Source: Candidatus Thorarchaeota archaeon (lineage in GTDB: Archaea; Asgardarchaeota; Thorarchaeia; Thorarchaeales; Thorarchaeaceae). Taken from it: a stretch of DNA of 64,000 nt. The stretch lies in contig JBHLRZ010000002.1 in assembly GCA_048882045.1 (NCBI GenBank), positions 96,001 through 160,000 of the forward strand, in the 5' to 3' direction. Under the pieces are notes generated by a model, which saw nothing but the letters and a program-made list of their open reading frames with translations, had not been told where the DNA came from and searched no databases. The stretch's first letter is position 1. Every line of letters begins with the position of its first letter. Made by a program: the position numbers and the translations under genes. Positions 29,392 to 37,082 of this stretch are shown here, in pieces.

Positions 29392-29796
29392 ATGCCACTT
29401 CTAGTGATAATGGACACTAACTTTCTCATAGTGCCTGCACAGTTTGGAGTGGATGTTTTTTCTGAGGCTGAGAGAGTCCTCGAGAGGAGTCTGGATTTTG
29501 TACTACTAGATTCAGTCGTAGAGGAAATAAAATCCAATCTTGAAACTGCTAGTAGGACTGAGGCTCGCATGTTTAGAGTTGCATTAGATTTGGTTGAGAG
29601 ATGCACTTTGGTGAGTGTTGCAGAGATGTCAAAATCTGCTCCAGTAGATGACCAGCTCCTAGAATATACAAAATCCGTAAAGGGAGTTCTAGCTACAAAT
29701 GACCGTGAACTAAGGGAGAGAGCCAGTTCACAAGGAATCCCAGTATTGTTTCTCAGAGGAAAGAAATACCTCGAACTCGAAGGCTCGATAATTTGA
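29392..29796 (+). CDS. PIN-domain protein (Fcf1/Utp24-like)
   Basis: IMDTNFL, VDD, LATNDRELR; usual position after aIF2gamma. Confidence 0.88.
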   Translation: MPLLVIMDTNFLIVPAQFGVDVFSEAERVLERSLDFVLLDSVVEEIKSNLETASRTEARMFRVALDLVERCTLVSVAEMSKSAPVDDQLLEYTKSVKGVLATNDRELRERASSQGIPVLFLRGKKYLELEGSII

Positions 29797-29925
29797 GACC
29801 GTGTCACAACGTTTTTATGTTTTATAAAGCGAATCTGCGCTGAGCCGTCGGGTCAAGGCCTTGGGTTGTTCCCAAGTCTGATTGTTCTGATAATAATCGT
29901 CCTGCTAGGCAAGGAGCGACAATAG

Positions 29926-30516
29926 TTGTACAGCATAGTGACAGTAAAAGATGTGGTGCGAATTCCGCCGTCCCAGTTTGGGTCCCCAATGGAAGAGGCA
30001 GCCATGTTGCATCTACGAAAACAACACGAGAATGTACTTGATCGCGACGTAGGTCTGATGATTGCAGTCATTGGAATCGACGAAATCGGTCAGGGACGTC
30101 TAATGCCCGGCGATGGTGCAACCTATCATTCAGTCACCTATAGAGTGCTCGTGTTCAAACCTCTGCGACATGAACTTGTTGAAGGCAATGTTGTCGAGCT
30201 CATGGACTTCGGGGCTTTCATTAGGATGGGTCCACTGGATGGTCTATGTCATGTAAGCCAGATATGTGATGACTTCATCACTCAAGACTCTAAAGGAAAT
30301 GCCCTGTTGGGCAAGGAAACTGGAAGGACCCTAGCAGAGGGAGACATGGTCAGAGCCAGGGTGACCTCGATAAGCTTTGAATCTGGTAACAAGTCTGGAA
30401 AATTGGGTCTCACAATGAGGCAGCCATTCCTAGGTAAGATCGGTCCCGACAGGTCATGGATTGAAGATGATGTGAAGGCTGCACGAGGAGAATCCAAGAA
30501 GGACAAGAAGAAGTAA
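29926..30516 (+). CDS. rpoE1: RNA polymerase subunit E' (Rpo7)
   Basis: VRIPP, GDGATY, FGAFIRMGPLDGLCHVSQ, LTMRQPFLGK. Confidence 0.96.
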   Translation: MYSIVTVKDVVRIPPSQFGSPMEEAAMLHLRKQHENVLDRDVGLMIAVIGIDEIGQGRLMPGDGATYHSVTYRVLVFKPLRHELVEGNVVELMDFGAFIRMGPLDGLCHVSQICDDFITQDSKGNALLGKETGRTLAEGDMVRARVTSISFESGNKSGKLGLTMRQPFLGKIGPDRSWIEDDVKAARGESKKDKKK

Positions 30517-30539
30517 AGGAGTGGATAGGGATAGCGAAA

Positions 30540-30743
30540 ATGAAAGCATGCAGGGCATGTCACTTCCTCACTTCAGAGAACGTTTGTCCAAATTGTAAAG
30601 CGACAAACCTCACCACTTCATACACTGGAATTGTTGTGATTCTGCCAGGTCAGAAGAAGCGCGAGGATCCTAGAAAGTCATCCTATATCGCTTCACGACT
30701 CAATATCGACAAACCTGGAAAGTATGCACTGAAAGTCCGCTAG
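30540..30743 (+). CDS. spt4: transcription elongation factor Spt4 (RpoE'')
   Basis: ACRAC...CPNC, PGKYALKVR. Confidence 0.95.
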   Translation: MKACRACHFLTSENVCPNCKATNLTTSYTGIVVILPGQKKREDPRKSSYIASRLNIDKPGKYALKVR

Positions 30744-30839
30744 ACAATGCATTGTCTGTGGTGAAAGCTTTATTAGACAACCTCAGGTCGAACGGTTGGC
30801 CCACCCCGGTTGTGGTCTGACTTTCGGTAAGTGATTTCA

Positions 30840-31136
30840 ATGAAAATCGAAATTCTAAATGAACGGGAAAACAAGCCTCTAGCTAGGAGAGAGATTGACT
30901 TCAGAGTCAACCATGCTGGAGCCAGCACTCCTAGTCGTGCAGACGTTCGTGCGAAGATTGTTGCACAGTTTAATGCTGACAAAGAGAGTGTGATAATTAA
31001 GAGTCTTGACACAAAGTTCGGAGCCGGGATGACCGAGGGCCATGCCAGAATCTATTCTGATCCTGAACAGATGAAGAGAATTGAACTTGACCATATCGTC
31101 AAGAGACATGAAGAGAAAGGGGCTGAGTCCGAATGA
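30840..31136 (+). CDS. rps24e: 30S ribosomal protein S24e
   Basis: [24 protein letters not shown]. Confidence 0.95.
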   Translation: MKIEILNERENKPLARREIDFRVNHAGASTPSRADVRAKIVAQFNADKESVIIKSLDTKFGAGMTEGHARIYSDPEQMKRIELDHIVKRHEEKGAESE

Positions 31137-31297
31137 CAAAATCACATGAAATGTACAAAGTAGACAAGTCGGGAACTATTACTAGGACCAAAAGGACATG
31201 TCCCCGTTGTGAAAAAGGCACCTTTATGGCCGAACACTTCGACCGTTTTGCGTGTGGTCGTTGTGGATACACCGAGTTCAAACGTAAGGGCAACTAG
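31133..31297 (+). CDS. rps27ae: 30S ribosomal protein S27ae (absent from ORF track; no ubiquitin fusion)
   Basis: [54 protein letters not shown]; ATGA overlap with rps24e. Confidence 0.95.
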   Translation: MTKSHEMYKVDKSGTITRTKRTCPRCEKGTFMAEHFDRFACGRCGYTEFKRKGN

Positions 31298-31298
31298 A

Positions 31299-31556
31299 TT
31301 ATTCACCGACAATAGCCATTACCCATCTTACAAACAGTAGAACTCCAATTATCATTGTAAGCACTACATCGACAAGGAACACTCCTGAGATGTAGACCTC
31401 TGTCCATGCAGCTAGAATGAGCGCAACTGGAAAAGTGACAATGAATGGTAGTGTGGCTACAGTCAATGATATCTCCTCACTGGATACCATTGCATTCACG
31501 AGCAAGACTATCCAGATCGCATAGATTCCAACGAGAAGTGCCACCTGTACCAGCAA
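31299..31556 (-). CDS. small membrane protein
   Basis: 85 aa, three hydrophobic segments. Confidence 0.65.
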   Translation of the reverse strand: MLVQVALLVGIYAIWIVLLVNAMVSSEEISLTVATLPFIVTFPVALILAAWTEVYISGVFLVDVVLTMIIGVLLFVRWVMAIVGE

Positions 31557-31719
31557 TTTACTCCAACTCTAGTCTTCAGGTCATCCAAACTGCACAACAA
31601 TGTGTGTATCACATGAATGTGGCTGATGCTCTCCTTTTCAAGTCATATTCAGATTCTACTTATTGCTTAGATACAAATCCAAATTCCTATCTAAAACATG
31701 TTGAAACGGAGAGATCTTC

Positions 31720-32040
31720 ATGAAGTTATCAAGACTGAAGATTACAGTAGAGAGAATATTCAGCCCTGAGGAAGTGTTTGGACACGAAATGAAACAAGCG
31801 TCGAATGGGGCTTTCATTAAACCATGTCAATTCTTTGAAGTGGGTCAAGAGTTCATCGCAGAGAACAGTTTTTCACGTCCAGAAGGATTCTGTGGGTGGG
31901 CATGGCGAGATCTTACTGTTCGACTTACTAAGTTCGATCTAATTGATGATATGGACTGGCCTGAAAAGGACATTACCTACGTAGCCTGTGGAGATGGAGT
32001 ACGACCAGTCATCTTCAAATTAGAACGTATTGAAGACTAA
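31720..32040 (+). CDS. TIGR04076-like small Cys protein
   Basis: C..FEVGQEF, PEGFCGWAW, CGDGVRPVIFKLER. Confidence 0.85.
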   Translation: MKLSRLKITVERIFSPEEVFGHEMKQASNGAFIKPCQFFEVGQEFIAENSFSRPEGFCGWAWRDLTVRLTKFDLIDDMDWPEKDITYVACGDGVRPVIFKLERIED

Positions 32041-32046
32041 TGGCAC

Positions 32047-32066
32047 AGAAGAAGTTGTAGCAGGTA
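32047..32066 (+). repeat. degenerate copy of the initiator-tRNA 3'-end repeat
   Basis: AGAAGAAGTTGTAGCAGGTA; 17/20 identical to 35154-35173. Confidence 0.65.
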
Positions 32067-32161
32067 TTGTACAAACACGAATCATTCTCAGTCTGGATAT
32101 AATTCACTAAAATACACCGTCATATGTCGGCTATAATCTATAATCAGAATCCTGAGTCATT

Positions 32162-32968
32162 TTGATCATGAGTTCAATGAACATGAAGCTCAGTTTCGCT
32201 GATGAAGTGAAACAAAAAGCATTGGAAGTAGGTTTTGTGTCAGTTGGCATCGCTGATGTACACGCACTCAAGGATCTTCCGTATGGTTGGGTCGGGGAAG
32301 TACGCGAATTGTACAGACCCGAGAATGAACTCCCAGGTGCAAAATCTGTAATCATGCTGGCATTCAACACTTGGGATCGAGCGTACAGTCTAAATGTTGA
32401 ATCGTCGAGCTGGACAAACAATGGGGTTCAGCATCAAGACTCTAGATACGCTCACGGCAGCCTGGGCTACGAGGTGATGAAGAACAAGGCTTGGACCATT
32501 GTTGAGTTTCTAAATGAGAGAGGATTCAAAGCGAGATGGTCATTAGGAATTCCTCTGAAGACAACAGCTGTTCTATGTGGTTTGGGGGCTCAAGGAAAGA
32601 ACTCGCTTCTGATTACACCTGAATTCGGACCAAGGGTATTCTTGATAGCTGTTCTGACCTCTGCTTCTCTGACACCAGACAGTCCCTTTGAGGATGATCT
32701 ATGCAAGAACTGTGATAGATGCATCAAGGTATGTCCTACTAGAGCAATTGAATCCTACAACCCCAGAATTGAACACTGTATGGTGTATCATTTAGAATGT
32801 CCCGATTCCACAAACGTTCCTGACCATGTGAAAGAGAAATCAAGACAGCTCATCAAACGACCAACATCAAACAGCTATATCGAGTGTACAAGATGTGTAG
32901 ATGTCTGCCCCATCGGGAAGGGACACGAAAGCAGTACTCAATATTCTCCCTTTCTCAATCTTGCCTGA
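32162..32968 (+). CDS. QueG/reductive-dehalogenase-like 4Fe-4S protein
   Basis: PGAKSVI, GLGAQGKNSLLITPEFGPRV, CKNCDRCIKVCP, CTRCVDVCP. Confidence 0.85.
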   Translation: MIMSSMNMKLSFADEVKQKALEVGFVSVGIADVHALKDLPYGWVGEVRELYRPENELPGAKSVIMLAFNTWDRAYSLNVESSSWTNNGVQHQDSRYAHGSLGYEVMKNKAWTIVEFLNERGFKARWSLGIPLKTTAVLCGLGAQGKNSLLITPEFGPRVFLIAVLTSASLTPDSPFEDDLCKNCDRCIKVCPTRAIESYNPRIEHCMVYHLECPDSTNVPDHVKEKSRQLIKRPTSNSYIECTRCVDVCPIGKGHESSTQYSPFLNLA

Positions 32969-33069
32969 AAATCACTGGTAAGGTTCCGAAGTAAAGGTGG
33001 GATTGAGTGGTCACAAGTTTTCCAAGCTCACATTCGGCTCATAGTTCTTAGATGAAACAACAACTTTAA

Positions 33070-33105
33070 ATGTAAAGTTTACTTTACGTAAAGTGAACTT
33101 TACAT
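33070..33105. promoter_or_regulatory. 36-bp near-perfect palindrome (two tandem GTAAAG-N4-CTTTAC sites), likely operator
   Basis: ATGTAAAGTTTACTTTAC|GTAAAGTGAACTTTACAT, between TTTAAA (33065-33070) and an XRE gene. Confidence 0.75.
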
Positions 33106-33111
33106 CACAAA

Positions 33112-33363
33112 GTGAGTGTGACTGATGTGATTGTCAACAGAATCAAGGAGCTTCGAGAACTAGAGATGTCGAAGGCATCCAATCATGACGATTGGACTCA
33201 AGAAGGCCTAGCACGTCGTTTGGGTGTCACACGTCAGACTATAATCTCCATCGAAAAGGGTACTTACAATCCTTCCCTTCTGCTTGCGTTCAAACTTTCA
33301 CGCATCTTTGAGATGAAAATTGAAGATATGTTCCAGTACAGAGATGATAAAGATGCAAACTGA
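33112..33363 (+). CDS. XRE/Cro-family HTH regulator
   Basis: TQEGLARRLGVTRQTIISIEKGTYNPSLLLAFKL. Confidence 0.92.
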   Translation: MSVTDVIVNRIKELRELEMSKASNHDDWTQEGLARRLGVTRQTIISIEKGTYNPSLLLAFKLSRIFEMKIEDMFQYRDDKDAN

Positions 33364-33649
33364 AATGGGTGAAACCTTTCTGATGTTCTATGTAACACTT
33401 GGACTTGTTCTTTTGATCAATGCAGTCATTTTGCTATACATCAAGAGAATCCAAGATGAGCGCTATCTACAGATCTTGGGTTTGGGAGGTCGAAACGCGT
33501 TCGTCTTTGTGATGATTATTTTGCCAATAATAAGTGCGTTGCAATTCATGGGTCTTCCTTGGATAGTTCCAGGATTCTCAGTCTTTGTATTATGGATATC
33601 CTCATTCTTTGCTCTCTATGGTTCAAGTTACTATTACTACAGGAGTTAG
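33353..33649 (+). CDS. DUF2178-like membrane protein
   Basis: DER motif followed by RNAF, TM helices, YYYR end. Confidence 0.7.
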   Translation: MQTEMGETFLMFYVTLGLVLLINAVILLYIKRIQDERYLQILGLGGRNAFVFVMIILPIISALQFMGLPWIVPGFSVFVLWISSFFALYGSSYYYYRS

Positions 33650-34036
33650 ATGAAACAAGGAGGAACAATGACAATGAATCGTAGTCTAAAGACAGCCCTG
33701 AGTATTGTAGCAACTGTAGCAATTGTTTTTGTGATACTTTGGATTCTAGGTTTGTACAATCTGAGTAGCTATGGTGGAGCCATCGGAGGTATGGTTGGTG
33801 GTGTTCTTGGAGCGAGCTATATGCGGCGTTTCTATGATGAGCGGTTCACACAGATCATGAATCTCGCTGCAAGGAACGCCTTTGTCTTTCTGGTGATCAT
33901 CCTCCCTCTGACTTCCATTGTTCTTGTTTCAGTTGAAGAAGTCACACTTCAAATCGCAGCAGGTCTTGTCGTTGTGCCGTGGATATCCTCGCTCATCATT
34001 CTCTACCTGTCGCTGTTCTATTACTATCGAAAATAG
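33650..34036 (+). CDS. DUF2178-like membrane protein (paralog of the previous gene)
   Basis: YDERF...AARNAFVF...YYYRK; probable start 33668 after GGAGG. Confidence 0.7.
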   Translation: MKQGGTMTMNRSLKTALSIVATVAIVFVILWILGLYNLSSYGGAIGGMVGGVLGASYMRRFYDERFTQIMNLAARNAFVFLVIILPLTSIVLVSVEEVTLQIAAGLVVVPWISSLIILYLSLFYYYRK

Positions 34037-34044
34037 ACTCTGTT

Positions 34045-34070
34045 CGAATAAGAAAAATGGTAGCGGGTAG
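34045..34070 (+). repeat. 26-bp direct repeat, copy A (contains reverse complement of tRNA-iMet 3' end)
   Basis: CGAATAAGAAAAATGGTAGCGGGTAG, identical to 34422-34447. Confidence 0.92.
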
Positions 34071-34123
34071 CGAAACAAGAATAGCAAAATTCAACTCAGA
34101 TTCATCACGTATTTCCACCACCA

Positions 34124-34447
34124 ATGCAAATCTTTGATCCTGCAACTGGCATAGTTGCAATCCTCGCTGGAGTAATACTCTCCTCGCTCATTGGTGGATT
34201 GTGTCTTAGGTATGTCTACAGAAACTCAGACCATTTGTTTGTTGGTGTAATGATAATCATCTTGGGATCTTTTGGGGTCTTCTGTACTCTATTTGCATGG
34301 TCGTATATATTCTCACATGTAGATTCATTCCTCCCTATAGGAGCTAGAATGACAATCCTCGGATTGGTAGTTCTACTTCCAATAGCCATCGGATTTGTTA
34401 CTACATCGGGTTTCAATAGAACGAATAAGAAAAATGGTAGCGGGTAG
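34124..34447 (+). CDS. small 3-TM membrane protein
   Basis: 107 aa, hydrophobic; its stop codon is the last TAG of repeat copy B. Confidence 0.7.
   Translation: MQIFDPATGIVAILAGVILSSLIGGLCLRYVYRNSDHLFVGVMIIILGSFGVFCTLFAWSYIFSHVDSFLPIGARMTILGLVVLLPIAIGFVTTSGFNRTNKKNGSG
34422..34447 (+). repeat. 26-bp direct repeat, copy B
   Basis: Identical to 34045-34070; core TGGTAGCGGGT equals 35162-35172. Confidence 0.92.
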
Positions 34448-34600
34448 TTTGAAAGGCAAGCTTCTTGACTGCCTTAGTAAAGTAATGGTCTTGAAAGATT
34501 AATATGGTTAGAATTATCAGATGATACTAGGGCATGCAGGACTAAGGAATCTAGCAACAAATTTGATGTCTTTATACAGAATCGTGGAGGAGGATTATTC

Positions 34601-35113
34601 ATAGTTGAAGGCAAAGATGAGCAGCTAGAGAAAGAGCTCTATGACCCGATAATAGCAGTGCTCAGAGAACGCTTTAGTGAAAAAGGTAAGTGCATATTAG
34701 ACACAACCGATCGACTCTTACATACTGATAATAGGATAAATCTAGATAATGTGGCACTTCTGTCCCTTAGCGTTGAGAGAAAGTTCCCTGATCTGATAGG
34801 ATGTCTTGACATCAGTGAAACGATATTTTCAGAGGAAAGTAGACTGATTGTGGTAGAAATAAAGAGAGGAGTTTTGACTCTTGGGGATTTATACCAAGTA
34901 AAGATGTATGCTGAAGTACTTCAGGCTTACTACGCGATTCTGATATCTCCTAGTGGGTTTCAGAGAGAACAAAGAAAGGCCATTATCGAAATTCCCGAAC
35001 TACTCAACTTTTGTGCTCAGGAATATGATCGTCAGATTGTAGTGATGTATTGGAGAGAAAATACTCTTGAAATAGATGAGGAATTATATTATGAGGACCC
35101 ATTAGAAACTTAA
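34601..35113 (+). CDS. PD-(D/E)XK restriction-endonuclease-like protein
   Basis: EKELYDPI upstream of GTG 34658, PDLIG, VVEIK, QVKMY; possible ATA start after GGAGGAGG. Confidence 0.7.
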   Translation: MVEGKDEQLEKELYDPIIAVLRERFSEKGKCILDTTDRLLHTDNRINLDNVALLSLSVERKFPDLIGCLDISETIFSEESRLIVVEIKRGVLTLGDLYQVKMYAEVLQAYYAILISPSGFQREQRKAIIEIPELLNFCAQEYDRQIVVMYWRENTLEIDEELYYEDPLET

Positions 35114-35161
35114 TTCCTTATCAGTTGAGATAATGTAGAGGGGTGAAATGAAAAGAAGAAG

Positions 35162-35303
35162 TGGTAGCGGGTGGAGGATTTGAACCTCCGATCTCGGGGT
35201 TTCCGAAGCGGGAGCTCAAAGCGTCATCGCTTTATGAGCCCCGCGGGATAGGCTTCACCCACGTGCGGACGAATCCACACAGGACTGGCTTCCCCAACCC
35301 GCT
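35162..35303 (-). tRNA. trnM: initiator tRNA-Met(CAT) with 32-nt anticodon-loop intron (35201-35232) and a D-loop insertion; 5' 12 nt duplicated at 35351-35362
   Basis: A1-U72, AGCGGGT/ACCCGCT, CGGGG-CTCATA|intron|A-CCCCG, GGAGG-TTCAAAT-CCTCC, encoded CCA. Confidence 0.88.
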
Positions 35304-35485
35304 TTTATTTAACCGTTCGTTTGAACAAACACAGCGACCGAGTCTGACGACCCCAACCCGCTATGCTTGGACTGGGGTTTGCTAGAGGGAGTTTTAAAGT
35401 TATTCGTAGGAATCTGAGAATCGAATATGTTATAGTCGCGGAATGTTATGATATTGGAAACACATAGGGCAAATGAGGTGTTTAC

Positions 35486-36421
35486 GTGAAGATTTCTGAG
35501 AGTGTCTTGGATGCGATTGGGAATACATCCTTAGTGCAATTGAAGAAGGTGGTTCCTGACAATCATGCAAGAGTATTAGTGAAATTGGAGTGGGAGAATC
35601 CAACGGGGAGCATGAAAGACCGGATGGCCCAGTCCATGATTGAAAAGGCGGAGGAAGATGGAAGATTAAGTGCTGGTGGTACTGTTGTAGAGTATACAGG
35701 AGGAAGCACGGGCACATCGCTGGCATTGATCTGTGCTATCAAAGGATATCGTTTCCAAGTTGTTTCCTCAGATGTATTCAGTCAAGACAAGCTAAACCAC
35801 ATGAAGGCATTGGGCGCAGAACTGACAATCGTCCCAAGTAGGGGACTTGGGATTAGGAGAGAATTAATCGAGGAGATGATAGAAACCGCTCAAAAACTGA
35901 GTGATTCTCCTGGTACCTACTGGACAGACCAACTGAACAACAAGGACAATGTGTCGGGCTATTTTCCGTTGGGTGAAGAGATTTGGGACCAGACAGGTGG
36001 TAAGGTCGATGCTTTTGTGCATGTGGCTGGGACAGCCGGATCTATCATCGGTACTTCAAGAGTATTGAAGGAGCACAACCCGCAGGTGAGAATTGTTGCT
36101 GTTGAACCTAACGAGTCCCCAGTTTTGTCGGGAGGTGAGAGTGGTTCACACGACATAGAAGGAATTGGGATTGGGTTCCTTCCACCCCTCTGGGATGGTA
36201 GCCTTGTCGATGAAGTCGTTCGCATTCCAACTGAAGAGGCTAAAGAGATGGCAAGATTACTAGCAAGAGAAGAGGGACTATGCGCAGGCACTTCATCAGG
36301 TGCAAATGTGGCTGCAGCCATAAAGGTTGCCAAAGAATTGGGTCCTAGCGCAACAGTAGTTACGCTGTTAGTCGATTCGGGTCTGAAGTACTTGAGTACA
36401 GATCTTTACAAATCCAGTTAA
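35486..36421 (+). CDS. cysteine synthase family PLP enzyme
   Basis: KLEWENPTGSMKDR, GTAGS, IEGIG, GTSSGAN, DSGLKYLST. Confidence 0.9.
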   Translation: MKISESVLDAIGNTSLVQLKKVVPDNHARVLVKLEWENPTGSMKDRMAQSMIEKAEEDGRLSAGGTVVEYTGGSTGTSLALICAIKGYRFQVVSSDVFSQDKLNHMKALGAELTIVPSRGLGIRRELIEEMIETAQKLSDSPGTYWTDQLNNKDNVSGYFPLGEEIWDQTGGKVDAFVHVAGTAGSIIGTSRVLKEHNPQVRIVAVEPNESPVLSGGESGSHDIEGIGIGFLPPLWDGSLVDEVVRIPTEEAKEMARLLAREEGLCAGTSSGANVAAAIKVAKELGPSATVVTLLVDSGLKYLSTDLYKSS

Positions 36422-36455
36422 TTAGGTTCTGGGTCATCACAAGGGCTTCAGAGAG

Positions 36456-37082
36456 GTGTGTGAGGAAATGGGAGACTCAGAGATAATCAAGAAGTTTCGT
36501 CGAATACTTGAAGAATGTGAGGAAGAACATGTATTCAATGGCACAATTCTAGAGCTTGACACACCAATAGACTATGCACCATATCGTGTAAGAGGGATAT
36601 CTGTTGAAGCAGCTAGTGGACTTCACAAAGTCAGGTTTTCTAGAAACTTTCGAAATGATCTCGACATAGAGATAGCCCCACTGAACATTGAGGATGAAGT
36701 TGTGGTCTTTGGTCGTCAGAGCAAGCAGAAAGAGAATGAAACATCACCAATAATCATTCTTCTTCCCAAAGAGAGAACCATGATTCTTGCACGAGAGCGA
36801 GAACCAACAGGTTGGCAAGGAGGATGGTCCGAGTGGAGTGTTGTTGGATCTGCTGTGGTTGCTCTGGTTCTCAGCGCAGTAGGGATGTATATAGTGTATT
36901 TTGAAGAATCCAGTTCCTATACACCACTGGAATGGTTTGTGGGTGCATACTTCTTCTTCTTCCTCATGCTTGGACTTGAGTGGTACAACAAGTTCTCAAA
37001 GAGAGAACGAGTAATTCACTGTAATCCAAAGGATTGGGAAATCATCACTGAAGAGGTTTCAAGGAAATACAACATCATGTAG
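36456..37082 (+). CDS. hypothetical membrane protein (possible N-terminal OB-like domain, 2 TM)
   Basis: 208 aa with two C-terminal hydrophobic helices. Confidence 0.6.
   Translation: MCEEMGDSEIIKKFRRILEECEEEHVFNGTILELDTPIDYAPYRVRGISVEAASGLHKVRFSRNFRNDLDIEIAPLNIEDEVVVFGRQSKQKENETSPIIILLPKERTMILAREREPTGWQGGWSEWSVVGSAVVALVLSAVGMYIVYFEESSSYTPLEWFVGAYFFFFLMLGLEWYNKFSKRERVIHCNPKDWEIITEEVSRKYNIM

Larger units (their letters stand above)
32067..35172. mobile_element. putative tRNA-anchored island of small cassettes, no integrase
   Basis: Accessory co-oriented genes separated by copies of the tRNA 3' end. Confidence 0.6.

Noticed and set aside
32162-32968. True reductive dehalogenase or QueG
   Set aside because: Short, with no Tat signal or membrane-anchor partner; it cannot be assigned beyond the family.
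32968-32990. Possible fourth att copy after the QueG-like gene
   Set aside because: Only GAAAA...TGGTA matches; too weak.
33353-34036. Amber read-through fusing two in-frame ORFs (TAG-ATG at 33647-33652)
   Set aside because: The two are paralogs with matching C-termini, and the second has its own GGAGG site before ATG 33668.
34045-34447. CRISPR array
   Set aside because: Only two exact copies, 377 bp apart with a gene between; the core derives from the tRNA and no cas genes are present.
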